Assembly (NCBI RefSeq): GCF_028713515.1
Contig: NZ_JAQTOD010000002.1
Span: 178,501-242,500 of the forward strand
Length of the DNA stretch: 64,000 nt
Origin: Sulfurimonas sp.
GTDB lineage: Bacteria > Campylobacterota > Campylobacteria > Campylobacterales > Sulfurimonadaceae
Direction: 5' to 3'
The translations under genes were made by a program, and so were the position numbers. Of this stretch, positions 1-8,665 are shown one piece after another (the first letter of the stretch is position 1; every line of letters starts with the position of its first letter). Below the pieces are notes generated by a model. That model did no database searches. It had not been told where the DNA came from and saw nothing but the letters and a program-made list of their open reading frames with translations.

Positions 1-78
1 TACTAATCTCTCAGCTTTGTTTATATTCTCATCTTTGTTTTCACTCATGCTCATCTGAATTGCGCTAACTTTAACCAT
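1..78 (-). CDS. carbon-nitrogen hydrolase (nitrilase superfamily) N-terminus, partial; runs off the window start
   Basis: Too short for the ORF track. Minus-strand ATG at 78..76 reads MVKVSAIQMSMSENKDENINKAERLV to the edge. A V-x-A-I-Q-M start is typical of C-N hydrolases such as N-carbamoylputrescine amidase. Only 26 codons are visible. Confidence 0.4.
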   Translation of the reverse strand, partial: MVKVSAIQMSMSENKDENINKAERLV

Positions 79-111
79 CTGTTGCCTTATCTGTTTTTTT
101 CGTATTTTACT

Positions 112-441
112 CTAATAATGTACCGCGAGCCAAATAGTCTGTGTATCTGGCTTCGTCCATGAAACTCTATGTTTTTTATGTGCCAAAATATTTAAATAAT
201 CTCCCGCCATTAACCTAATATCGCTCTCATCTTGAAATGAAATAACGGCTTCACCTTTGAGTAAAATCACCCACTCATCGCTGTTTTGGTCATACCATTG
301 AGATTCTGGCGTAGTGTGCCCAAAAGAGACAATTCTCTCGATTTTTACTCCGCCTTTAGAGGCGAGTTCTTCAAATAACTCATCTTGTAAAGTCGCTGGA
401 ATCAACTCAAATATATTTAATTTACTCATAAAAACAGGCAC
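112..441 (-). CDS. small cupin-domain protein
   Basis: 109 aa with a beta-barrel cupin pattern (GHTTPE...DEWVILLKGEAVISF...GDYLNILAHKKHRV). Start is GTG at 441 or ATG at 429. Either start overlaps the stop of the upstream MEMO-like gene. Confidence 0.7.
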   Translation of the reverse strand: MPVFMSKLNIFELIPATLQDELFEELASKGGVKIERIVSFGHTTPESQWYDQNSDEWVILLKGEAVISFQDESDIRLMAGDYLNILAHKKHRVSWTKPDTQTIWLAVHY

Positions 442-1210
442 TCACATATCCAACAACTCTCTTCTCATCGCCACTTGCATCAGCGCTAGTTCTATAATCA
501 AGAATATGTGATTTCATTTTTAGTTTTTTTGCACTCAGTAAAACTGCCTCAATACCGATTTCTCCGCAAGCTTCACAGCCGTTATGGAGCATTTTTATAT
601 CCAACTGTTCTATGGCTGACAAGCAGATATTATCAAGTTTGTTGGCATCTTCAAGAGTGTAAAAATGACTTAAATCCGTACTTATGATGACTCCAAAATC
701 TTCTTGTTCTAAGATAAACTCTATAATTTTAGAGAGTTCACTGGCGTCCATACGAGAGTAAACGAGTTCAACAATCTGCACATCCGCGATGTAATGTTTT
801 ATAAACGGAAACTGAACTTCCGTGCTATGTTCAAAATGTGCGCCACTTACACAGCCAAGAGAAAATCTATCTTGAAGCTTTTGCGCCATATTTTTGTCCG
901 CTTTAATATCTCCAAATGGAGTCTCATAAGAGTCAAAATCACACAACGAAATGCCAAGAAATGCAACTCTGTGCGATGGTCCGATAACAACAAATTTTTT
1001 AACACCACTTTTTTGCAAAACTCTATACGCCACATTTGCCGTATATCCTGAGTAAATATAACCAGCATGAGGAGCTATAACAACCCTACTTTTGATTTTT
1101 ACTAAAGTGCTATCTTCATCATACGACGCACTAAAATGCTCAAAATATCTCAGTAGCTCTGCACTCTCTTCCGGATAAAAACTACCAGCCACACTTGTTT
1201 TTCGCTTCAT
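422..1210 (-). CDS. amrB: MEMO1-family protein (AmmeMemoRadiSam system protein B)
   Basis: N-terminal VAGSFYP and APHAGYIYSG motifs are characteristic of the Memo family. It lies 24 nt downstream of an AMMECR1 gene. Confidence 0.85.
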   Translation of the reverse strand: MKRKTSVAGSFYPEESAELLRYFEHFSASYDEDSTLVKIKSRVVIAPHAGYIYSGYTANVAYRVLQKSGVKKFVVIGPSHRVAFLGISLCDFDSYETPFGDIKADKNMAQKLQDRFSLGCVSGAHFEHSTEVQFPFIKHYIADVQIVELVYSRMDASELSKIIEFILEQEDFGVIISTDLSHFYTLEDANKLDNICLSAIEQLDIKMLHNGCEACGEIGIEAVLLSAKKLKMKSHILDYRTSADASGDEKRVVGYVSACFYE

Positions 1211-1234
1211 GTTCGTACTCCTTAAGTTGTAAAA

Positions 1235-1807
1235 CTACAGAGAAAGTATCTCATCAAAATTTTTCTCTATGGCATTAACACGGTATCTATAGATGGTTGG
1301 ATGCTCTGCATAAATAGATGGATTTGCGCCAGCTTTTAAACTTAGGTGCTCTAAAAACAGCTCAGGAGTCGGGAGTTGTTCCCAAACTTGAGGCAAAAAA
1401 GTTCCTTGATGCACACCATGTTTTAGTATCAGTCCATCAACTTTCGGTGTTACTTTTTTGACTAAATCATAAAAATTATCATACTCTAAAACTTCAGGAT
1501 TACTCAAAACAGAGACTTCGAGTCCAATATGCGAGAGTTCATCTGCGCTTAAAGGTCTAAATCTAGGATCACTAAATGCCGCAGAGAGCGCGTTATAAAT
1601 GATATCATCAAACAGTCTTCTATGCGCGACAACAGAGCCTATACATCCACGCAGACTATTATCGTATTTCAGCGTCACAAAAGCAGCGCCATTCTCGCTT
1701 AGAAATGGATAATCTTTTAAAACGCTATCACTATCAAAATTATAAGAGTCATCAAACTCACCCATTATCGCACTTTTTGCAACTCTTAGCACTATAGCAT
1801 CTAACAT
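1235..1807 (-). CDS. amrA: AMMECR1-domain protein (AmmeMemoRadiSam system protein A)
   Basis: LRGCIGS motif and FSDPRFRPL motif, 190 aa, typical AMMECR1 architecture. Confidence 0.85.
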   Translation of the reverse strand: MLDAIVLRVAKSAIMGEFDDSYNFDSDSVLKDYPFLSENGAAFVTLKYDNSLRGCIGSVVAHRRLFDDIIYNALSAAFSDPRFRPLSADELSHIGLEVSVLSNPEVLEYDNFYDLVKKVTPKVDGLILKHGVHQGTFLPQVWEQLPTPELFLEHLSLKAGANPSIYAEHPTIYRYRVNAIEKNFDEILSL

Positions 1808-1966
1808 AAAGTACCTCTTTTATGAAAATATTTTTAGAAAACTATTTAAGCTTTTGTAAAACTAAAAGAATTAAGCAAACAATTCTGCAGCTAAGCGAAA
1901 CCTTAATGAGAGTGTTTTTTAGTTTTGCAAGAATATTATAGATTTTTGAATATAAGAGATTGCTTT

Positions 1967-4219
1967 TTATAACTCCAACAAAACAGTATCTCGTCTTGTT
2001 ATTTCAAACTTTTTACATCCGCTCTCAAAAGCACCACTCTCGCCAATTACGATGCACTTATGCTTAGCCCTTGTGATTGCGGTGTAGATTAGTTTTGTAT
2101 TGTGCATAATGAAGTGCGTAAAACTCATCGGCATCACAACTATATCGTACTCCATGCCTTGGACTTTATGGATGGTTAGCGCGTACGAGAGCATCAGATG
2201 TGATTTTAGCTCCTCAAACTCATAAACAACAACGACATCTTCATTTGGATAAAAGACGAACGCTTGTTCATCATCTTCATCTATCTTAAACAGAAGTCCG
2301 CTCATCCCGTTAAATATGCGTCTTTGTGCCGAATCTTCGCCATTTTTGTAGCCCTCCGCACTCCATGAGTTCATGTTTTCATTTTTTGTATGAACAACTT
2401 TATCCATCAGCCTAAACTCCGAGTCACCATTTTTTACAAACTTTTTTGGGTTTGGATTGAAGTACTCTTGCAGTATTGTGTTTAGATTGTTTGAACCGAG
2501 TGTACCATTTTTCATAGGCGTAATGACTTGAAAGTAGTTTAAATACTCTTTTATCTCTCTGTTTTTCAGCCTATATCTCGCTTTTTCTATATGTTCTAAG
2601 ACTTTATGGAGCATTTCTGCAACAATTGCTTCAGAGTTAGCTTCCCTTAAATCTCTAAGCTCATCATTCGAGAGCTGGTTTTTCAAATAGTGATAATTTT
2701 CTATATTTACATCAATAAACTCAAAATCCTCATAAGCTTTTCTATACTCTGGCACTTGCGCTATTCGTATGTCATTTGCAATCAGAGTTATCGCCTTATC
2801 TTCACTTTGCCTGTAAATTTTTGTGAGCTTTACAGTTGGACAAAGATCTAGAGTTAAAACATCGCTAAGTACATTTCCGGCACCAATTGGAGGGAGTTGT
2901 GCATCGTCACCAACTATTATAAGTATGGCATTTTTGTCTATTTTTACCGCCAATTTTGCAAAGAGAGTTGAGTTAATCATCGAAGCTTCATCAATCAAAA
3001 CAACGGCGTATGGGAACTTATCTCTATCTTCAAACTTAACCAAAAGTGACTGGATAGTAGCACTCTCAAAACCCGTTGTATCCGCAATCCTTTGAGATGC
3101 GATGCCACTTAGTGCGCACGCTATTATCTCTTTGTCATCATATTTTGTACTTAAAAGTGTTAGGATGCTCTTTGAGGTTGTGCTTTTTCCAGTTCCTGCG
3201 TATCCAACCAAAAAAAGTATTGAAGTGCCATTGTTAATTGCAACAACCGCCTCTTTTTGCTCATCACCAAGAAGAAGTTTGTTTGTCTTTAAGAACTCAT
3301 CCAGATTCTCTACAAATCCGCCACTGTCTCTCTTTGCTCTTGTTTTAAAATCATCATATAAAAATTTCTCAGCATTATAGAGTCTTGCTGGAGAAACTCT
3401 GTCGTTTTTCATCAAAACGATGCTTTGGTTGGCAACCATTTCAATTAAAATAGACTCATAAATATGCGTTTTATCACTAAAAGTTAAAAGCTCGTCAAGC
3501 TCATGAAAAAGCACACTCTTTTTAACACAAGAGTTTCCCTGTTGCTCGCAATAACTAAGTAGAACAAAATCCATAGCAGAAGCTATGCGGTTTTCATCCT
3601 CTTTTTTAACTCCCATCTTTAGAGCCAATTCGTCAGCCCTTTTAAAACCAATCTGCTTAATTGAGGTTAAAATATATGGATTGTTTTTTATCTTAGCACA
3701 GGGATCTTCAACATCTCTCATGGCGGTTGCAATGGTCGTTAAAAGCGCGGCAGAGACATCATAAGGAGCTAGAAACTCCCCTATATTTCTCATAGAGCGA
3801 AACTTTTTCCATGATGACTGAATCTGTTTAAGCTTTTTCTCTTTGATACCTTTAAACTCTAAAAGTTTTTCTATATCATTGTCGAGTATTTCAACTAACT
3901 TTTCATTGCCAAAATGCTCAATAAGATCAGTTGTTAGTTTTTTTGTAAACCCTTTTACAATGCGGTTGAGGAAGAAAAAAAGTTGATTTTGATTTACTTT
4001 TATATGTTCAAACTTAAACGATTTGCCATACTTTTTATGCTCTTCCCAACGCCCTTTTAGCGTTATGGCTGAATCCATCAAATGAGAAACACTGCTCTCA
4101 AAGTAAGTTCCGCTGATTTTATCACCACTCTTTAGTACAGCTATAAAAAATCCATTCTCTTCAAAGAGAATTTTATCAATCTGACCTATAAGAGTTTCGT
4201 CTGTTTGCTTGTTGCTCAA
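1967..4219 (-). CDS. recD2: SF1B RecD2/TraA-like ATP-dependent DNA helicase
   Basis: 750 aa. Walker A GYAGTGKST, Walker B VLIDEASM, C-terminal YALTIHKVQGMEYD and AITRAK motifs. The start codon is TTG. Confidence 0.85.
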   Translation of the reverse strand: MSNKQTDETLIGQIDKILFEENGFFIAVLKSGDKISGTYFESSVSHLMDSAITLKGRWEEHKKYGKSFKFEHIKVNQNQLFFFLNRIVKGFTKKLTTDLIEHFGNEKLVEILDNDIEKLLEFKGIKEKKLKQIQSSWKKFRSMRNIGEFLAPYDVSAALLTTIATAMRDVEDPCAKIKNNPYILTSIKQIGFKRADELALKMGVKKEDENRIASAMDFVLLSYCEQQGNSCVKKSVLFHELDELLTFSDKTHIYESILIEMVANQSIVLMKNDRVSPARLYNAEKFLYDDFKTRAKRDSGGFVENLDEFLKTNKLLLGDEQKEAVVAINNGTSILFLVGYAGTGKSTTSKSILTLLSTKYDDKEIIACALSGIASQRIADTTGFESATIQSLLVKFEDRDKFPYAVVLIDEASMINSTLFAKLAVKIDKNAILIIVGDDAQLPPIGAGNVLSDVLTLDLCPTVKLTKIYRQSEDKAITLIANDIRIAQVPEYRKAYEDFEFIDVNIENYHYLKNQLSNDELRDLREANSEAIVAEMLHKVLEHIEKARYRLKNREIKEYLNYFQVITPMKNGTLGSNNLNTILQEYFNPNPKKFVKNGDSEFRLMDKVVHTKNENMNSWSAEGYKNGEDSAQRRIFNGMSGLLFKIDEDDEQAFVFYPNEDVVVVYEFEELKSHLMLSYALTIHKVQGMEYDIVVMPMSFTHFIMHNTKLIYTAITRAKHKCIVIGESGAFESGCKKFEITRRDTVLLEL

Positions 4220-4305
4220 CTGTGATTTCCTAAAATAGAGAAATATTTTGGCTTTAATTTGTAGAATTTAGTTGATTAATTTTTAAGGGGAGTCTTTATG
4301 ATTTT

Positions 4306-4329
4306 GAGAAAAGCCATAAAAATATGGCT
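4306..4329 (-). terminator. putative intrinsic terminator after rplS
   Basis: Minus strand reads AGCCATA-TTTT-TATGGCT (7-bp stem) followed by TTTCTC, 14 nt after the rplS stop. Confidence 0.5.
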
Positions 4330-4342
4330 ATAACTTAGAAGA

Positions 4343-4702
4343 TTATTTTCTTCTAAGTTCTTTGATACGAGCTTTTTTACCAGCAAGATCACGAAGATAG
4401 TATAGTTTCGCACGACGAACACGACCGCGACGAATAACTTTTATCTCTTCAATTGAGTCAGAATAAAGTGGAAATATTCTCTCAATACCAATACTATTAG
4501 CACCAATTTTACGAACTGTAATCGTTTGAGCCGTACCTTGACCTCTCTTTGAAATACAAACACCCTCATAATTTTGAACACGAGATTTTTCGCCCTCTTT
4601 AATTGTTACTGCTAAAGAAACTGTGTCACCTGCACGAAATTCTGGAATAGTTTTTCCAGCAATTTGAGCTTTTTCGAAATTTTCAATATACTTATTTCTC
4701 AT
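4343..4702 (-). CDS. rplS: 50S ribosomal protein L19
   Basis: 119 aa; FRAGDTV...RVQNYEGV...RRAKLYYLR is classic L19. Lies downstream of trmD. Confidence 0.97.
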   Translation of the reverse strand: MRNKYIENFEKAQIAGKTIPEFRAGDTVSLAVTIKEGEKSRVQNYEGVCISKRGQGTAQTITVRKIGANSIGIERIFPLYSDSIEEIKVIRRGRVRRAKLYYLRDLAGKKARIKELRRK

Positions 4703-5396
4703 AAGATTTCCTTCTTCTGTGCTTTAAAAGCTGCTCTGGTCTAAAGAACTTAGTCTTACATTCAGATAGAGCTAATTTTAGTGAGCGAATTTTACTATGA
4801 TTACCCTTTAAATATTCTGATGGGACTAAACTATTCTCATATTCTGCTGGCTTTGAAAAAGATGGTGCTTCTAAAATATTTGATTCAAAACTCTCTATAA
4901 TCAAAGAATCACTATTTCCAAGAACACCTTCTATATTTCTAGATATTGCATCACACATAACAAGTGAAGCCAGCTCTCCGCCAGTTAAAATATAATCCCC
5001 AATAGAGAAAACTTCATCAGCAAAATTTTCTATAACCCTCTCGTCGATGCCCTCATATCTTCCGCTCACAAAAGCGATATGAGATTTTTTTGCTAATCTT
5101 TTTGCATCATTTTGATTAAATTGTTTTGCAACGGGAGTTAGAACAACTATATGTACATCTTTATCAACTGATTTTAATCTGCTAAGTGTTTCAAATAACG
5201 GCTGTGGGTTCATAACCATTCCGGCTCCGCCACCGACAGAAGTATCATCTACTTTGTTCTGCTTTGAGTTGCTAAAATCTCTTGGATTGATATATTCTAC
5301 AAATAGGAGGTTATTTTGAATTGCTCTTTTTAAGATGGAATCTCCAAAATAGCCCTCAACGATATTTTGAAACAGTGTTACAAAAGTGAACTTCAT
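4692..5396 (-). CDS. trmD: tRNA (guanine37-N1)-methyltransferase
   Basis: [10 protein letters not shown] and [11 protein letters not shown] motifs; rimM-trmD-rplS synteny. Confidence 0.95.
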   Translation of the reverse strand: MKFTFVTLFQNIVEGYFGDSILKRAIQNNLLFVEYINPRDFSNSKQNKVDDTSVGGGAGMVMNPQPLFETLSRLKSVDKDVHIVVLTPVAKQFNQNDAKRLAKKSHIAFVSGRYEGIDERVIENFADEVFSIGDYILTGGELASLVMCDAISRNIEGVLGNSDSLIIESFESNILEAPSFSKPAEYENSLVPSEYLKGNHSKIRSLKLALSECKTKFFRPEQLLKHRRRKSYEK

Positions 5397-5956
5397 TAAG
5401 AAGCCTCTAAAATATCCATAGCGCCGGAAACTGTCATAATCTTCTTTTCTACATCAGTTGCCAGAACAAAATTCTTATGATAAGGAAGTAGAAAACTTTT
5501 AGTAAATCCACTATCAACTAGCGTTTTATCAGTTTTTATAAAAAGATAATTAGTAATTGCTATTCTTTCAACATTCTCAACAACACCTAAAACTTTACCA
5601 TTTTCAACAACAGTACAACCTTCTAAGTCAAACCAAAAAAATTCTCCATTCTCTAAATGGCATTCTTTTCTTGTTTTCTCAATTGTTGTATATAGATCTT
5701 TGTTTGTGAATTTTCTAGCACTCTCTGGATTGTCAAAACCTTCTATTCTTATAAGTGTTTTGTCGCCATTTACATGACTTAAAGTTATGCTCTCTTTTTC
5801 ATTTAGAGAAAAAGTTGCACCAGATATAAATTGTTCGGGGAAATCAGAGTGTATATGGAGTTTTAAATCGCCCTTTAAACCGACTGTTTTGCCGATTGTA
5901 GCGATGTAAATAAGTTTGTTAGATTGTTTCGACATTGATACGGTAGCTAACACCAT
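5396..5956 (-). CDS. rimM: 16S rRNA processing protein RimM
   Basis: IGKTVGLKGDLKL N-terminal PRC-barrel pattern and operon position. The true start may be the internal ATG at 5935 (MSKQSNK...). Confidence 0.88.
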   Translation of the reverse strand: MVLATVSMSKQSNKLIYIATIGKTVGLKGDLKLHIHSDFPEQFISGATFSLNEKESITLSHVNGDKTLIRIEGFDNPESARKFTNKDLYTTIEKTRKECHLENGEFFWFDLEGCTVVENGKVLGVVENVERIAITNYLFIKTDKTLVDSGFTKSFLLPYHKNFVLATDVEKKIMTVSGAMDILEAS

Positions 5957-6155
5957 CCTTAGCTTTACAACCAGAAATAAGTGTTTTTATAGCACCAATC
6001 ATTTTGCCCTCTTTGCCAATAAGCTTACCTATGTCAGCTTGATTTGCAAAAAGTAAAATTTCAGTAACTTCGCCGCTCTCTTTAACTTCTACTCTTACAT
6101 CATCAGGATATGAGACTATAAGTTTTGCAAATTGTGCGACAAAATCAGATATCAT
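5919..6155 (-). CDS. KH-domain RNA-binding protein (UPF0109/YlqC-like)
   Basis: 78 aa; GKLIGKEGKMIGAIKTL is a KH GxxG motif. Conserved position between rpsP and rimM. Confidence 0.8.
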   Translation of the reverse strand: MISDFVAQFAKLIVSYPDDVRVEVKESGEVTEILLFANQADIGKLIGKEGKMIGAIKTLISGCKAKDGVSYRINVETI

Positions 6156-6156
6156 A

Positions 6157-6387
6157 TTAACGACCTGTTATCTTTTTAACGCGGTCACTCATTTTAGCAC
6201 CAACACTTAGCCAGTAATCTAAACGCTCAGCGTCAACTACCAAAGTTTTCTCAGCTACCATTGGATTGTAATGTCCAATTAACTCTATCCAACCACCATC
6301 TCTTCTTTTGCGAGAATCTGTTACCGCGATACGGTAAAAAGGTTGTTTTTTTCTTCCCATTCTAGTTAAACGAATAACTGTTGCCAT
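6157..6387 (-). CDS. rpsP: 30S ribosomal protein S16
   Basis: [31 protein letters not shown] is canonical S16. I place the start at ATG 6387 (GAAGGA Shine-Dalgarno upstream), not the TTG at 6456 used by the ORF track. Confidence 0.93.
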   Translation of the reverse strand: MATVIRLTRMGRKKQPFYRIAVTDSRKRRDGGWIELIGHYNPMVAEKTLVVDAERLDYWLSVGAKMSDRVKKITGR

Positions 6388-6404
6388 TTTTTTTCCTTCT
6401 CTGC

Positions 6405-6425
6405 GCAAGTCATATTTCAACTTGC
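6405..6425 (-). promoter_or_regulatory. 5' leader hairpin upstream of rpsP
   Basis: GCAAGT-N9-ACTTGC hairpin, 18 nt upstream of the rpsP ATG. Confidence 0.35.
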
Positions 6426-6439
6426 TGTATATATTAGAT

Positions 6440-6457
6440 TTTGCATTTAAATGCAAA
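6440..6457. repeat. 18-nt perfect palindrome TTTGCATTTAAATGCAAA between ffh and rpsP
   Basis: Read directly from the sequence. Function unknown; it could be an operator or a weak terminator. Confidence 0.6.
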
Positions 6458-6490
6458 TTTATAAACTTCTAAAAGCATATAGATTTGATT

Positions 6491-7840
6491 TTATCTGCCT
6501 TGAAATGCTCCAGCACCGCCCATTTGACCCATCATGGCTTGAAGATCTTTCATACCATTTTTACCTGAAAACCTTTTTGCCATTTTACCGGCATTTTTAA
6601 ACTGCTTTATCATACGGTTAATTTCAACCAAATCAAGACCGCAACCATTGGCTATTCTCTGCTTGCGAGAGTTGTTTAGAAGTTCTGGATCTTCTCTCTC
6701 TTTCAATGTCATTGATGAAACCATGGCTTTGATATTTTTTAGTTCGCTTGAATTTTCCATATCAAAATCTTTTATTGCTTTTGACATATTTCCCATACCT
6801 GGAATCATTCCAAGAAGCGATTTCATGCTTCCCATCTTCTTCATACTTTCCATCTGCTCTAAAAAGTCATTGAAGTTAAAGCTACCTTTTTTTATCTTAG
6901 AGGTGAGTTTTTTTGCCTGCTTTACATCGATAGCGGAAGCTGTTTTTTCTGCAAGTCCTTCAATATCTCCAAATCCCATAAGACGATTTACAACACGCTC
7001 TGGCAAGAAAATCTCTAAATCTTCCATCTTTTCGCCGCTACCAATAAAACGAAGCGGAACCTGAACTTGTGATGAGAGACCAAGAGCCACTCCACCTTTT
7101 GAATCACCGTCGTATTTACTTAAGATAACTCCGTCAATCCCAATTTTTTCTTTAAATGTAGTTGCAGTTTTGATGGCATCTTGACCTGTTAATGAGTCTG
7201 CTACATAAAAAATCTCGTTTGGAGTTGCAACTCTTTTAATATTTTCAAGCTCACTCATAAGCTCATCATCTATAGCTAAACGACCAGCTGTATCTATCAA
7301 AACAACATCATATATGCCATCTCTTGCTTTTTTTAGAGCAGAAGCTACAACCTCTACAGGATTTTTTGTGCTCTCATCCTCATAAAGCTCTACGCCAATT
7401 TGAGCTGTAATCTGGCGAAGCTGTTCAACTGCTGCTAAACGCTGTAAATCGGCTGCAACTACTAAAACTTTTTTCTGCTTATTTTTTAAGTAGTTTGCTA
7501 GTTTTCCAGTAGTTGTTGTTTTACCGGAACCTTGAAGTCCAGTCATCAAAACTACAGTTGGAGGATTTGGAGCAAAAATAAAGCCTCGCTTTCCACCAAT
7601 TTCTAAAAGTTCATAAAGTCCAGCTCTGAGCGCATCTAAAAACTGATCTTTGCCAATTCCATTTAGTTTTGTTTGTGTTTGAACTTTGAGTACTAGTTCT
7701 CTAACAACTTTATGGTTTACATCTGCTTTTAAAAGGGATTTTTTTAGCTCATCAAGAGCCTTAGTAAGGGCTTTTTCGTCGTCATGAAAACGGATTTTTC
7801 TAATTGCATTGGTAAAAGAATCCGTTAATACATCAAACAT
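6491..7840 (-). CDS. ffh: signal recognition particle protein Ffh
   Basis: GLQGSGKTTT, DTAGR, Met-rich M domain, 449 aa. Confidence 0.97.
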   Translation of the reverse strand: MFDVLTDSFTNAIRKIRFHDDEKALTKALDELKKSLLKADVNHKVVRELVLKVQTQTKLNGIGKDQFLDALRAGLYELLEIGGKRGFIFAPNPPTVVLMTGLQGSGKTTTTGKLANYLKNKQKKVLVVAADLQRLAAVEQLRQITAQIGVELYEDESTKNPVEVVASALKKARDGIYDVVLIDTAGRLAIDDELMSELENIKRVATPNEIFYVADSLTGQDAIKTATTFKEKIGIDGVILSKYDGDSKGGVALGLSSQVQVPLRFIGSGEKMEDLEIFLPERVVNRLMGFGDIEGLAEKTASAIDVKQAKKLTSKIKKGSFNFNDFLEQMESMKKMGSMKSLLGMIPGMGNMSKAIKDFDMENSSELKNIKAMVSSMTLKEREDPELLNNSRKQRIANGCGLDLVEINRMIKQFKNAGKMAKRFSGKNGMKDLQAMMGQMGGAGAFQGR

Positions 7841-7925
7841 AAGCTCTCCTAATTTTAAAATATTTATAGCGTAAAAAGTTGCGAATTGTAGCCGAGAATT
7901 GCTTTAAGTTCGCTTTAAAGATTGG

Positions 7926-7944
7926 TAATACCAAGCTCAACTAT
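7926..7944 (-). promoter_or_regulatory. extended -10-like box (minus strand ATAGTTGAGCTTGGTATTA) upstream of ffh
   Basis: Close variant of the 20-nt box found upstream of lysA and pyrB; contains TGGTATTA. Confidence 0.35.
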
Positions 7945-7949
7945 CTTAA

Positions 7950-8408
7950 TCAGCTGAGTTTAGTATAATATTTTTCTAGGAATTTATGCAGTTGATTTGC
8001 GAAATTATGAGCATCTTTTTGAGCAAACGGTTTTGGTCCTCTTGTTGCCTCTCCGCTTTCGCGAATTTTTTCCATTAAATTTCTCATTGCCAGATACTGT
8101 TTGATATTTTCAACACTATAAAGTTCGCCTCTGTGATCAATTGCGTGTGCTTTTTTGCTTACAACTCTATCCGCAAGAGGAATATCTGCTGTAATAACTA
8201 AGTCTCCCTCTAAGACAAGCTCCACAATACGGTTATCCGCCTCATCTGCGCCCTGCTCTACGATTATATACTCTATCTGTTTTGATTTTCCAACGCTTAT
8301 TGGTTTGTTTGAGACAACAAATGTCTCTATTTTTACTCTCTCGATTGAGCGAATAATTATGGGTTTTAGCAGATTGGGAAGCGCATCGCCATCAATAAAA
8401 AGTCGCAT
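7950..8408 (-). CDS. yaiI: YaiI/YqxD family protein (UPF0178)
   Basis: 152 aa, collinear with E. coli YaiI as I recall it (GDLVITADIPLA, RGE.Y). Confidence 0.88.
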   Translation of the reverse strand: MRLFIDGDALPNLLKPIIIRSIERVKIETFVVSNKPISVGKSKQIEYIIVEQGADEADNRIVELVLEGDLVITADIPLADRVVSKKAHAIDHRGELYSVENIKQYLAMRNLMEKIRESGEATRGPKPFAQKDAHNFANQLHKFLEKYYTKLS

Positions 8409-8665
8409 CAGCCAACAAGCTCTAATTTTTTAATTTTAGAGAGTTTTTTTATAGCGATTTCTCTCTTTGATGCACTGCTTTTATCGTCACACTTCTCGGA
8501 GTATAAAAGCTCAACTGGTCTTCTTGCTTTAGTGTATTTGGCACCTTTTGGCGAACCGTTATGCTCATCCACTCGCCTTAGTAAATCCACAGTTATTCCA
8601 GTGTACAGAGTGTTGTCACAACACTTCAAAATATAGACAAACCAGTCACTCTCAAGGCTACTCAA
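8408..8665 (-). CDS. small GIY-YIG nuclease family protein (YhbQ/UPF0213-like)
   Basis: WFVYILKCCDNTLYTGITVDLLRRVDEHN...GAKYT is a GIY-YIG core. 85 aa. Confidence 0.88.
   Translation of the reverse strand: MSSLESDWFVYILKCCDNTLYTGITVDLLRRVDEHNGSPKGAKYTKARRPVELLYSEKCDDKSSASKREIAIKKLSKIKKLELVG

Noticed and set aside
1851-1933. Imperfect long-range inverted repeat (TGTAAAACTA ... TAGTTTTGCA) in the recD2/amrA intergenic region.
   Set aside because: It is AT-rich, with a 10/11 match and a ~50-nt loop. It has no U-tract and no supporting second feature, so it is within what chance produces in AT-rich spacers.
4298-4333. 11-codon plus-strand ORF (MILRKAIKIWL) behind a very strong AAGGGGAG Shine-Dalgarno.
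   Set aside because: It is too short to support, and it coincides with the rplS terminator hairpin on the other strand. I treat the SD-like purine run as coincidental.
6388-6456. N-terminal extension of S16 in the ORF track (TTG 6456). Analogous extensions exist for the CDF transporter (24263-24319) and MoeA (38647-38721).
   Set aside because: The conserved protein N-termini (MATVIRL..., MRLEKK..., MAVTAEQ...) begin at internal ATGs that have proper SD sequences. The extensions run through promoter or palindrome sequence or into the neighbouring gene.
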